A stretch of DNA of 21,355 nucleotides, from positions 1-21,355 of IMG/VR virus record IMGVR_UViG_2541047698_000017; one strand, given 5' to 3'. The translations under genes and the position numbers were made by a program. The notes under the pieces were generated by a model. It was not told where the DNA came from, searched no databases, and saw only the letters and a program-made list of their open reading frames with translations. Source of the stretch: a virus (taxonomy: Duplodnaviria; Heunggongvirae; Uroviricota; Caudoviricetes). Below, one piece after another: positions 8,512-16,945 of this stretch (the stretch's first letter is position 1; every line of letters begins with the position of its first letter).

Positions 8512-9545
8512 TGAGCAAGAAAAAAGGGAAAACACCGCAACCTGCGGCAAAAAAAATGACTGCCAGCGCCCCGAAAATGGAGGCATTCACCTTTGGCGAG
8601 CCGGTGCCGGTACTCGACCGCCGTGACATTCTGGATTACGTCGAATGCATCAGTAACGGCAGATGGTATGAGCCGCCGGTCAGCTTTACCGGGCTGGCAA
8701 AAAGTCTGCGTGCTGCCGTGCATCACAGCTCACCGATTTACGTCAAACGCAATATTCTGGCCTCGACATTTATCCCGCATCCGTGGCTTTCCCAGCAGGA
8801 TTTCAGCCGCTTTGTGCTGGATTTTCTGGTGTTCGGCAATGCGTTTCTGGAAAAGCGTTACAGCACCACCGGTAAGGTCATCAGACTGGAAACCTCACCG
8901 GCAAAATATACCCGCCGTGGGGTGGAAGAGGATGTTTACTGGTGGGTGCCGTCCTTCAACGAACCGACAGCCTTCGCGCCCGGCTCCGTATTTCACCTGC
9001 TGGAGCCGGATATCAATCAGGAGCTGTACGGCCTGCCGGAATATCTCAGCGCCCTTAACTCTGCCTGGCTGAATGAGTCGGCCACGCTGTTCCGCCGCAA
9101 GTATTACGAAAACGGCGCACATGCCGGATACATCATGTACGTCACCGACGCCGTGCAGGATCGCAACGATATCGAAATGCTCCGCGAAAACATGGTGAAG
9201 TCGAAAGGCCGCAACAACTTTAAAAATCTGTTTCTCTACGCCCCGCAGGGAAAAGCCGACGGCATTAAAATTATCCCGCTCAGTGAAGTGGCGACGAAAG
9301 ACGATTTTTTTAATATCAAAAAAGCCAGCGCCGCAGACCTGCTGGACGCGCACCGCATCCCCTTTCAGTTGATGGGCGGCAAGCCGGAGAACGTCGGGTC
9401 GCTGGGTGATATTGAGAAAGTGGCAAAGGTCTTTGTCCGCAATGAGCTTATCCCGTTACAGGACAGGATCCGCGAGATAAACGGCTGGCTCGGTCAGGAG
9501 GTCATCCGATTTAAAAACTACTCACTGGACACTGACAACGGCTGA
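8511..9545 (+). CDS. Q: P2 gpQ-like portal protein (344 aa)
   Basis: 344 aa (MSKKKGKTPQPAAKKMTASAPKMEAFTFGEPVPVLDRRD...); lies downstream of P and next to cos, as in P2. Confidence 0.92.
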   Translation: MSKKKGKTPQPAAKKMTASAPKMEAFTFGEPVPVLDRRDILDYVECISNGRWYEPPVSFTGLAKSLRAAVHHSSPIYVKRNILASTFIPHPWLSQQDFSRFVLDFLVFGNAFLEKRYSTTGKVIRLETSPAKYTRRGVEEDVYWWVPSFNEPTAFAPGSVFHLLEPDINQELYGLPEYLSALNSAWLNESATLFRRKYYENGAHAGYIMYVTDAVQDRNDIEMLRENMVKSKGRNNFKNLFLYAPQGKADGIKIIPLSEVATKDDFFNIKKASAADLLDAHRIPFQLMGGKPENVGSLGDIEKVAKVFVRNELIPLQDRIREINGWLGQEVIRFKNYSLDTDNG

Positions 9546-9550
9546 ACATC

Positions 9551-9572
9551 GCCGCCTGCGGGCGGCTTTTTT
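9551..9572 (+). terminator. Rho-independent terminator after Q
   Basis: GC hairpin gccgcc-tgcg-ggcggc followed directly by tttttt, 6 nt after the Q stop. Confidence 0.7.
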
Positions 9573-9714
9573 ACACCCCGTCATCACGCCCTCACACGCT
9601 CACCACCGCACAAAACACCCCGCAGACACACCAACGCCTCAACGGGCAGACTAAGCGCCGTCACGACGCGCTGAGACGCTGAAAAAATAAAATCAGCACC
9701 ACCGCCAGCGCGCA

Positions 9715-9733
9715 GTGCTTTCCCCGCCTCGCC
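9715..9733. other. cos site: 19-nt cohesive-end sequence of P2/P4/186-type phages
   Basis: gtgctttccccgcctcgcc is the exact reverse complement of the P2 cohesive end GGCGAGGCGGGGAAAGCAC as I recall it; it sits next to Q as on the P2 map. Confidence 0.7.
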
Positions 9734-9779
9734 CGCCCGCTTCATGGGGCGGTTTTAATGCAGTTGCATCAGGAAATCA

Positions 9780-9961
9780 GAGCTCTACCAACACTAGCAC
9801 GCCCCCACATGCTTTGAAATAAAAGCGAATGCAAACTCATGCACCAGTTAGATGCATTAGCACAAAGCTGAAAATCATAAAATAAGCGGCATAATCCCCC
9901 TCATGCTACCAAGAAACTCTCAAGATGTTGTGCTAAACATCGATGATCTGTACCTTGTTTT
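9780..9961 (+). promoter_or_regulatory. AT-rich upstream region of the accessory island; putative promoter
   Basis: Composition shifts abruptly to AT-rich after about 9780; weak -35/-10-like hexamers (ttgaaa at 9814, cataat at 9890) but no convincing sigma70 match. Confidence 0.3.
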
Positions 9962-11428
9962 ATGGTAAACATATCTATAAGTAATCACACAGATGGAACT
10001 AAAATAACTATGGCAAACGATATCATCGAAGCTTTTCCTGCAAAACGTTTCTTTGTAGAAATGTTAACCAGGGATATCGAACTCCAAGATGCTATTCTTG
10101 ACTTATTAGACAACTGTCTTGATGGCGCTCTTCGTTCCATTTCATCATCGAATGAAGAAATAAACGAAGAAAATAAATACCACGGTTTTTACTCAAAAAT
10201 AAATTTTAATGAAGATGGTTTTACAATTGAAGATAATTGTGGCGGAATTTCGGGAAGCTTAGCAACAAGCTATGCTTTCCGAATGGGAAGACCAAATGAA
10301 AGAGACATAGATAATATCCCAACCATTGGTGTTTATGGGATAGGTATGAAGCGAGCTATTTTTAAGTTGGGCACTTCATCGCAAGTATTAAGTAAAACAA
10401 AAGACGAGGAATTTAAAGTTACAATTTCTCCAGAATGGTTATCCAATGATAAAAACTGGAAACTAGATCTCGAACGTGGTAATGTCGATTTAAAAACAAC
10501 GGGCGTAAAAATTATAGTTAACGATCTCAGAGACGATGTAAAAAACCATTTCAAAGTTGATCGTGATTTTCAACAAAAATTAATCAATTCTGTTTCAAAC
10601 CATTATAGCCTAATTCTTAATAAAGGTTTCAAGGTCTATATTAATGATATAGAAGTCAAGCCAAATCTGACATCATTAATTATCGATACCGAAGCTCTTG
10701 TGTCAGCGAAAAAAGGTGGTATCACGCCTTATTTTTACAGAGGTGAAACTAATGGAGTTTCAATAAAGATCGCAGTTGGATTCTATAGAGATTTTGTGAC
10801 AGAAGATGAGGAAAATTCATTCCTTACTGGACGTAACACTTCCGAGAAAGCCGGATGGACTATTATCTGCAATGATCGTGTTGTTGTTCATGCGGACAAG
10901 ACACGTCTTACCGGATGGGGTGAAGCAGGAGTTCCACAATATCACACACAATTTGTTGGAATTGCAGGCGTAGCTATTTTTACATCTAATGAAGCTGAAA
11001 AATTACCTATTACTACTACCAAGAGAGGCATTGATGGTAATTCTGATATCTATTTGGCTACTAAAGATTTCATGCGTGAAGGCTTGAAAATATTTACAGA
11101 TTTTACTAACAGATGGAAAAGTAACTCTCCAGAACGCCAGCAAATGTTTAGTTCCACATCTAAAACAATTCCTCTTACAAACGACAAACTAGATAGCATA
11201 GTACCTGAAGATAAATGGTCTCGGGTGCATAGATCCATTGGTGGGAATAGTTTCAAACCAACATTGCCAATACCTAAAGAAACAGACCCTTTAAAGCAAA
11301 TAAAATTTAGTAGAAGATTGAGTGAGATAAAAACTGTTGCCACTTTCATTTTCGATGATGATTCTGTTCCTCCGACAGAAATTGGTAATTATTGCTTTGA
11401 AGATTTTTTAGAGAGGGCAAAAAAATGA
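9962..11428 (+). CDS. GHKL-superfamily (MORC/MutL-like, Bergerat-fold) ATPase, 488 aa; start uncertain (alternative ATG at 10010)
   Basis: Three GHKL motifs in order: motif I ELQDAILDLLDNCLDGAL (compare MutL ELVENSLDA), G1 box FTIEDNCGGIS (DxGxG), G2 box IGVYGIGMKRAIFKLG (closest to the MORC-type G2 box). About 350 C-terminal residues have no motif I can assign. Neither candidate start has a strong Shine-Dalgarno sequence. Confidence 0.75.
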   Translation: MVNISISNHTDGTKITMANDIIEAFPAKRFFVEMLTRDIELQDAILDLLDNCLDGALRSISSSNEEINEENKYHGFYSKINFNEDGFTIEDNCGGISGSLATSYAFRMGRPNERDIDNIPTIGVYGIGMKRAIFKLGTSSQVLSKTKDEEFKVTISPEWLSNDKNWKLDLERGNVDLKTTGVKIIVNDLRDDVKNHFKVDRDFQQKLINSVSNHYSLILNKGFKVYINDIEVKPNLTSLIIDTEALVSAKKGGITPYFYRGETNGVSIKIAVGFYRDFVTEDEENSFLTGRNTSEKAGWTIICNDRVVVHADKTRLTGWGEAGVPQYHTQFVGIAGVAIFTSNEAEKLPITTTKRGIDGNSDIYLATKDFMREGLKIFTDFTNRWKSNSPERQQMFSSTSKTIPLTNDKLDSIVPEDKWSRVHRSIGGNSFKPTLPIPKETDPLKQIKFSRRLSEIKTVATFIFDDDSVPPTEIGNYCFEDFLERAKK

Positions 11429-12417
11429 GTACTGGGGGAAGTATTCCTTATCATCTTCGACAACACAAAGCTGTCGAAAGAAATCTATTCATTGAGTTGC
11501 TCAGAAAACTCAACAACTATGTAAACATATCCGATTATGTTTATATCGGGTTTGGTGGCCCTTTTCTAGAAGACTTCAAACAACTGCATAATGCTTTAAA
11601 AATCAATAACATGATCTCTCTAGAGGTAGATGCTAACGTTCATAAACGACAAAAATTTAACAAACCTATATCATGTATTGATTTAGGAGAAGAACCTTTA
11701 AGTAGCAGTGAATTTATTACTCAAAGCGACTTCGCTGCACCTTCTCTAATTTGGCTTGACTATGCCATACCAAGCCAAATATATGAGCAAATGAATGACA
11801 TTGCTCAATTGGTAAGTAAGTTAAAGCCAAAAGATATATTTAAAATAACTTTAAATGCAACTCCTGAAACTTTAGGAAGAGATTTTCAAGAAAGAGACCC
11901 TAGGCGTTTTCGATTAAAAAAAATACAATCTTTACTTACTCAAGATTATTGCCCAGTGAATCTAACTGTTGATGATGTCACTTTTAAAAGGTACCCACAC
12001 CTTTTAATAAAAGCAGCTCAACGTGCCATAAGTATTGGATTAACAGGTAGACCAGATATAATGATCCATCCTTTATGTAATTTTATTTACAAAGATGGTC
12101 AGCAAATGCTTACCTTTACTGCCATTGTTCTCGAAAACAGTGATATGCAATTAGATAGCTTCCTTCAAAATTCTCGAATTAATTTTTGGCCCTTTTATTC
12201 TGGAGACTGGGGCACCGTCAAAAACATTAGTGTTCCCACGATGTCTTTACGTGAGAGAATCTTTATTGAGGAACGACTTCCTACAAAAGACCATGAAGAA
12301 ATTACCAACGACCTCGGCTTTTACATTGGAGATGATGAAGCCGAGGCTAATAGTAACCTTAAAAACTTTATTGAGTATTACAAAGTAATTCCGTGGTATT
12401 CGAAAGTTCTTCTTTAG
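11425..12417 (+). CDS. Protein of unknown function (330 aa), translationally coupled to the GHKL ATPase; candidate effector or specificity partner
   Basis: Its ATG overlaps the upstream stop (ATGA at 11425-11428), with GAGAGGG about 8 nt upstream. No motif recognised with confidence; only a weak Rossmann-like glycine-rich segment (YVYIGFGGPFLEDF ... ISLEVD). Confidence 0.7.
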   Translation: MSTGGSIPYHLRQHKAVERNLFIELLRKLNNYVNISDYVYIGFGGPFLEDFKQLHNALKINNMISLEVDANVHKRQKFNKPISCIDLGEEPLSSSEFITQSDFAAPSLIWLDYAIPSQIYEQMNDIAQLVSKLKPKDIFKITLNATPETLGRDFQERDPRRFRLKKIQSLLTQDYCPVNLTVDDVTFKRYPHLLIKAAQRAISIGLTGRPDIMIHPLCNFIYKDGQQMLTFTAIVLENSDMQLDSFLQNSRINFWPFYSGDWGTVKNISVPTMSLRERIFIEERLPTKDHEEITNDLGFYIGDDEAEANSNLKNFIEYYKVIPWYSKVLL

Positions 12418-13519
12418 AAAACTGACATAATTTATATAACGGTAATAGCATAGCTTCAGCTACTAATGGGCTAACGCTATTACCGATTTGCCTGAAACTA
12501 TGCCACTTAGTAGGGTGAAACCTAAACCAATCAGGAAAACCTTGTAATCGAGCAGCCTCACGTGGAGTAATAACTCTAGCCTGCGTTGGATGGATCGGCC
12601 TAACTGCTTGATAACTGCCCTTATCGCTGCCAGTTCCAGCCCTTAGCGTCGGACAGAAACCATTTGGATTTAACCTCTGAGATCGTGAAATTTTATCAGT
12701 TTCGCCAAAAGAGAGTTTTTTATATCTATTAATAACCTCATCTGTATGTATTGTTCCCAAGAAACCGGAGACCAACCCTTTTTTTAATTTTTCTAAAGAT
12801 TCCGGATCACCAACATTATTCGGAACATTACTCCAAAGTCTATCAAAAAAATATCCTTGCCTATCCATCTTAACTTCACGCCAGCCTTGTTCCTCTTGCT
12901 GCCATTCTTTTCTTATAACACGAGGAATACCGTATAAAGCATCTTTAACTAAGGTTTGCTCAATATCTTGCACAGGAAAGAAATCAGATTCTTTTAAACA
13001 ATTAGCTAATTCCTTTTTGAATCCGATAAAAAAAATCCTAGTTCTAGTTGTAGGAGCTCCATAATTAGACGCATTCACTTTTATTGGGCTCAATATTACA
13101 TATCGGTCTTTTACTAATGAGAATGCTTTTTCTCTAACTGCATCATATTTTTCATTCATTATCCCAGGAACATTCTCTGCCAAGAAACAAACAGGTGATA
13201 ACTCGCTCACCAACCTAAAAAAATGAATATACAATTCATTTCTGACGTCATTAGCCATCCCTTTACCAATTGTACTAAATCCCTGACAAGGTGGTCCACC
13301 GATGACACAATCAATATTACTAACATTACAAGCTGTTAGAATATCATGAGCAGAAAGTTTGCTAACATCTTTATGTAAATGTGTTGAATTTGGGAAATTA
13401 AGAGCATGGGAAAATATTGCATGCTTATCCAACTCAACGGCACCAACCAAGTTAAAGCCTGCCCGTGATGCTCCCAAGCTTAAACCACCTACCCCTGAGT
13501 ATAAATCAACCACATTCAT
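12368..13519 (-). CDS. DNA (cytosine-5)-methyltransferase, Dcm-like (383 aa)
   Basis: Canonical m5C-methyltransferase motifs: I DLYSGVGGLSLG, IV GGPPCQGFS (catalytic Cys), VI ENVPG, VIII TTRTRIF, X QIGNSVSP. Gene is AT-rich; its 3' end overlaps the convergent partner gene by 50 nt. Confidence 0.88.
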   Translation of the reverse strand: MNVVDLYSGVGGLSLGASRAGFNLVGAVELDKHAIFSHALNFPNSTHLHKDVSKLSAHDILTACNVSNIDCVIGGPPCQGFSTIGKGMANDVRNELYIHFFRLVSELSPVCFLAENVPGIMNEKYDAVREKAFSLVKDRYVILSPIKVNASNYGAPTTRTRIFFIGFKKELANCLKESDFFPVQDIEQTLVKDALYGIPRVIRKEWQQEEQGWREVKMDRQGYFFDRLWSNVPNNVGDPESLEKLKKGLVSGFLGTIHTDEVINRYKKLSFGETDKISRSQRLNPNGFCPTLRAGTGSDKGSYQAVRPIHPTQARVITPREAARLQGFPDWFRFHPTKWHSFRQIGNSVSPLVAEAMLLPLYKLCQFSKEELSNTTELLCNTQ

Positions 13520-13569
13520 GTTCAGTTAACCATATATGTATATTTAGACAACAATATTTAATTCTACCA

Positions 13570-15870
13570 TTACTTGAGCTCTTTGCTGAAGTACTCATTA
13601 CTAAAACCCTGCCACTCATCGACATTACTTGCCACATACTTATATTTTTTATCATCGAATATCACCATCGCACCACGCGCCAGCGCCTCAAGCTCCCATC
13701 GCTGTGGCCTGATACCGTTCTGAGCAAGGTCAACGCGGATACGGGTAATTTGCATTCGTTCCGACCGGGTCAGTCTGGCCGATGGCGCTATTTCATGCGG
13801 TTTTAACGGGCTTCCGTTTCTTTGCTGACGGTTTGGTCTTCTCAGGCCGTGTTTTAATGCGCCCCTGAGCGCCCTCACGACCTCCGGTTCATTCCATTCA
13901 ATAACACCGTCATCAACCAGATTAAGCACTGCTGCGGCGTGCTCAGAAGGTGTGGGAGCCGGTAACGAAGTATCACCACCGGTGAGCTTTCCACAGTTAT
14001 TGACAGGACTCCGAGGCGCGGCGATGCCGCTTTTTAAAGTCAAAGGCTCAACGACCGGCACTTTCGGAACAATGCGCCAGTCCGTCGTTCTGGTGATATG
14101 AATATGACGCGCGCCGAGATGCGGCGCGTAAATGCCGACCACTCTCTCGACTTCTTCCTCGTACTCGTTAACGTCATCCGACGGGCTACGGGCGACCCTG
14201 ACAGTCTGGCAATCGCGCGGGACATTTGCCCCGCCCTGCGCGCTGATATACAACGCAAAATCACCACTGTCTGCAGCGGCGCGTGCAGCCTCGACGCGCT
14301 CGTCAAACTCATCAGCAATGCTGACGCCGCGAGGCAATTTGCGTAGTTCACGGTAAGCCCCCATTGTCGGCAGACCAACCGTTTTAAATTGCGGAATGCG
14401 CCACGTTGACGCCCATGCGGTAACAGCCGCAGCTGTGTCTTTCAGCGGTCTACCGGTATCATTATCGAGCTGACCATCCAGTGCATAGCCGTCGATGTTT
14501 TTTGAGATGTATTTCGCGATATATCCCGCAGCACCGCCCCGGTTAAGGTGTTTTGCCTGAAAACGGTTTCGCGCAGCTCCTCTTTCGTCGCCATCCTCTT
14601 TGAGCGCGTAGCGACGCATGATTTCAATAATCTGGTTACGCTGGCGTGGATTACAAAAAAGCATCATATGCCAGTGCGGCGTTCCGTCGTGGTGTGGTTC
14701 AACAACACGCAAACCGTAGGCCTGTAAATCATTATCCTTGAATGCCGTGCGCATCAGGCTCCAGATACGGCAGAGATAACGCTGCGCATCCTTTGGATTA
14801 AATGCCTCATCGTTCCAGCCGTGATTTAGCTGGACGGTTTTACTTTCGCCTTTTCTGACCTGACGTGTCGGGTGATACTTTGACGGCGCGGTCAGCGTGA
14901 TAAACATCCCTACATCACCCTCTGCGGCGGCGTAACGCTCAATACCGGCGATGGTGTTCATCAGCTCCATCCGGCGAATTTCTGGATTAGAAATACTGCC
15001 CATCACCTTACTGATAAGGTCGATGCGCTCGCCGGTTTCCTTGTTTTCAAGGTCACACGATTTAAGAAATTCCAGATTTGCCTGGCGGCGCGCACGCACA
15101 TCACGAATGGCATGTTTACTGGCATAAGGAGAACGGTCTTTATTGACCTCCCCGACAGCAATCAGTAACGCCTCATGCCAGCGCATACGCTGGCCTTTAA
15201 GCTGATGAGTCCACCACTCATCGTTAAACAGGCGGGCAATGGCAGAATATGCCTGCCTCGTGGTCATCTGCCCTTTACGGTATTTTTTCCAGTAAAGCGG
15301 GGAAATATTGAAAGCACGTGCAGCGCCAGCAACATGACCATACAGATGTGCCTGCGCCTCATCCGTAAACAGCGATTCTTTTTCGCCATGCGCATCCACC
15401 CAGGCATCGCAGAGTTCCTCATACATCATGAAAAGCTGCGATGAGATACGGGCAGCAAACTTTTTCAGCTCCTTGTCATTCATTCCCGGCAGGCGCGCAT
15501 AGTGGTCACGCTCTGCCAGAAACAGCAACGACGCGTCGGTGTTCATTTCATGGCGCTGATTCACACGCTCAATGCGCGGCCATAAACGACGCTGAAAAGT
15601 GGATGTGAGGAAATAAAACCCGTGCACCGGGCTTTTATTGCGCCGGATGTAGTCATAGCGTGAAGTAAACAGCGAGCGCAAAAAGTAAGGCAGGCGGTTA
15701 ATCGTGGATAAAACACCTTGCACCTGACGCATCTCGTCACGTGTAAGGGGTCTTTCGCGCCCGACAGCCTCGCGTGGCGCGTTCCATGCATAAGCACCGG
15801 TAAACGCCTTACCGGTGCCTGCGGCAAATGCTGACGGAGGGACAAAACGCCCGGAGGCTTTAACGGCCAT
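13570..15870 (-). CDS. A: P2 gpA-like rolling-circle replication initiator (766 aa from ATG 15870)
   Basis: HUH motif (EPHHDGTPHWHMMLF) and active-site tyrosine region (GYIAKYISKNIDGY). ATG at 15870 (MAVKASGRFVPPSAF...) overlaps the orf83 stop; the track start at 15912 is TTG. Confidence 0.9.
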   Translation of the reverse strand: MAVKASGRFVPPSAFAAGTGKAFTGAYAWNAPREAVGRERPLTRDEMRQVQGVLSTINRLPYFLRSLFTSRYDYIRRNKSPVHGFYFLTSTFQRRLWPRIERVNQRHEMNTDASLLFLAERDHYARLPGMNDKELKKFAARISSQLFMMYEELCDAWVDAHGEKESLFTDEAQAHLYGHVAGAARAFNISPLYWKKYRKGQMTTRQAYSAIARLFNDEWWTHQLKGQRMRWHEALLIAVGEVNKDRSPYASKHAIRDVRARRQANLEFLKSCDLENKETGERIDLISKVMGSISNPEIRRMELMNTIAGIERYAAAEGDVGMFITLTAPSKYHPTRQVRKGESKTVQLNHGWNDEAFNPKDAQRYLCRIWSLMRTAFKDNDLQAYGLRVVEPHHDGTPHWHMMLFCNPRQRNQIIEIMRRYALKEDGDERGAARNRFQAKHLNRGGAAGYIAKYISKNIDGYALDGQLDNDTGRPLKDTAAAVTAWASTWRIPQFKTVGLPTMGAYRELRKLPRGVSIADEFDERVEAARAAADSGDFALYISAQGGANVPRDCQTVRVARSPSDDVNEYEEEVERVVGIYAPHLGARHIHITRTTDWRIVPKVPVVEPLTLKSGIAAPRSPVNNCGKLTGGDTSLPAPTPSEHAAAVLNLVDDGVIEWNEPEVVRALRGALKHGLRRPNRQQRNGSPLKPHEIAPSARLTRSERMQITRIRVDLAQNGIRPQRWELEALARGAMVIFDDKKYKYVASNVDEWQGFSNEYFSKELK

Positions 15871-16135
15871 GTGAGCCAAAAGCCTCTGAACAACGCTTGC
15901 TGAGTTGCTCAACCTGCGCGTTTAAATCAGCAAAAGATTTTGCGCTTCCGGTCAGAATATCGTGATGCATCATGCCGGAAACGAGCTGGCTTAATTTCGG
16001 GTAATAACCAACCACCGCCAGCCATTCCTGGCCGGCGTTTTTACCGCTTTCCGCTCTCTTTTTCTCGTGGAGAATAAACTGAAAGCTGTCACTGGTAACG
16101 ACATAACGTTCGCCAATTTCGATACGAATACTCAT
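15860..16135 (-). CDS. P2 orf83-like small early protein (91 aa)
   Basis: ORF directly upstream of A on the same strand; its ATG overlaps the orf82 stop (ATGA). Confidence 0.65.
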   Translation of the reverse strand: MSIRIEIGERYVVTSDSFQFILHEKKRAESGKNAGQEWLAVVGYYPKLSQLVSGMMHHDILTGSAKSFADLNAQVEQLSKRCSEAFGSHGR

Positions 16136-16356
16136 GCCATTCTCCGGTAATGCTTGTTTTTTGCTTCAAAGACTGACTGGCAGGAAACACAACGCGTGGC
16201 TGACGGATAAGCCGCACGACGGGCAGCAGGTATTGGCGCATCACACTCTTCGCAAACCAGCGCAGAAGCACAGCAATGTTTTACCCTTGCCGCGTTAATC
16301 TGGCGCTCCAGTAATTCAGCCTGTTGTTCCTGAATGAAATCTACGTTGTCCGGCAT
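16132..16356 (-). CDS. DksA/TraR-family C4 zinc-finger protein (P2 orf82-like, 74 aa)
   Basis: CEEC-x17-CVSC matches the C-x2-C-x17-C-x2-C zinc finger of the TraR/DksA family; AAGGA Shine-Dalgarno upstream; start overlaps the orf81 stop (TAATG). Confidence 0.75.
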   Translation of the reverse strand: MPDNVDFIQEQQAELLERQINAARVKHCCASALVCEECDAPIPAARRAAYPSATRCVSCQSVFEAKNKHYRRMA

Positions 16357-16658
16357 TACCAGTTCCTTTTGTCGTTCAGTTTCTTAAATTCATCAGCGCA
16401 ATAGCTGGCGAGTTCTGTCGTTAATTTTGTCAGTTCATCCACTGAGGAAATTTGCTTGTGAAATACAGCGCGTTTCACAAGTAAATTGATCACATCAGAC
16501 AGGAGGTTTAATTCGCTCTGATAAATCGCGATAACAGATTCAGTTATGTCGCGCTTTTCTTTATCAAGACCAAGTTGAATAAGAGACAAATCGCCATTTT
16601 CCATAACGGCGATTTTTAAGGCGTTATTCAGTAATACAATTGAACGAGAACAGGACAT
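16356..16658 (-). CDS. P2 orf81-like small early protein (100 aa)
   Basis: ATG at 16658 with GGAGG about 7 nt upstream, overlapping the orf80 stop (TGATG); the track start at 16661 is TTG. Confidence 0.6.
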   Translation of the reverse strand: MSCSRSIVLLNNALKIAVMENGDLSLIQLGLDKEKRDITESVIAIYQSELNLLSDVINLLVKRAVFHKQISSVDELTKLTTELASYCADEFKKLNDKRNW

Positions 16659-16882
16659 CAAAGCACCTCCCCACGAGACAATCCGATATTGTGAAATTTT
16701 TCCGACTCCTGACTGAGCAGCTCGACTATCTCCACGCGGGATAACTCCGCCTTTGTGATGTGGCGAATCATGGCGTCAAGATGAGAAGAAAAGCGCGTCG
16801 CTGCGTCGGCCTGTGCTTCGGTTCTGGCCTGTTGCAGCAGTAATGCGTATTTACCGCACTGATTTTCAGAAACTGTATGCAT
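16658..16882 (-). CDS. P2 orf80-like small early protein (74 aa)
   Basis: ATG at 16882 with GGAG about 8 nt upstream; the track start at 16915 is TTG. Confidence 0.55.
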   Translation of the reverse strand: MHTVSENQCGKYALLLQQARTEAQADAATRFSSHLDAMIRHITKAELSRVEIVELLSQESEKFHNIGLSRGEVL

Positions 16883-16945
16883 GACTTTCTCCAGGCAAAA
16901 AGAAGCCCCGCACAATTAAGTGCGTTAAAAACTCTGGTTAATTAC

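Noticed and set aside
10333-10554. Small minus-strand ORFs (10333-10554 and 11050-11349) inside the GHKL ATPase gene
   Set aside because: Antisense to the motif-supported plus-strand gene; AT-rich sequence readily yields short spurious ORFs.
11425-12417. Calling the 330-aa partner a SAM-dependent methyltransferase or a restriction endonuclease
   Set aside because: Only a weak glycine-rich Rossmann-like segment is visible and no canonical SAM-binding, DPPY/NPPY or PD-(D/E)xK motif; too weak to assign, so it is left as unknown function.
13465-13806. 113-aa plus-strand ORF spanning the methyltransferase start and the A gene 3' end
   Set aside because: Overlaps two well-supported minus-strand genes; no start context.
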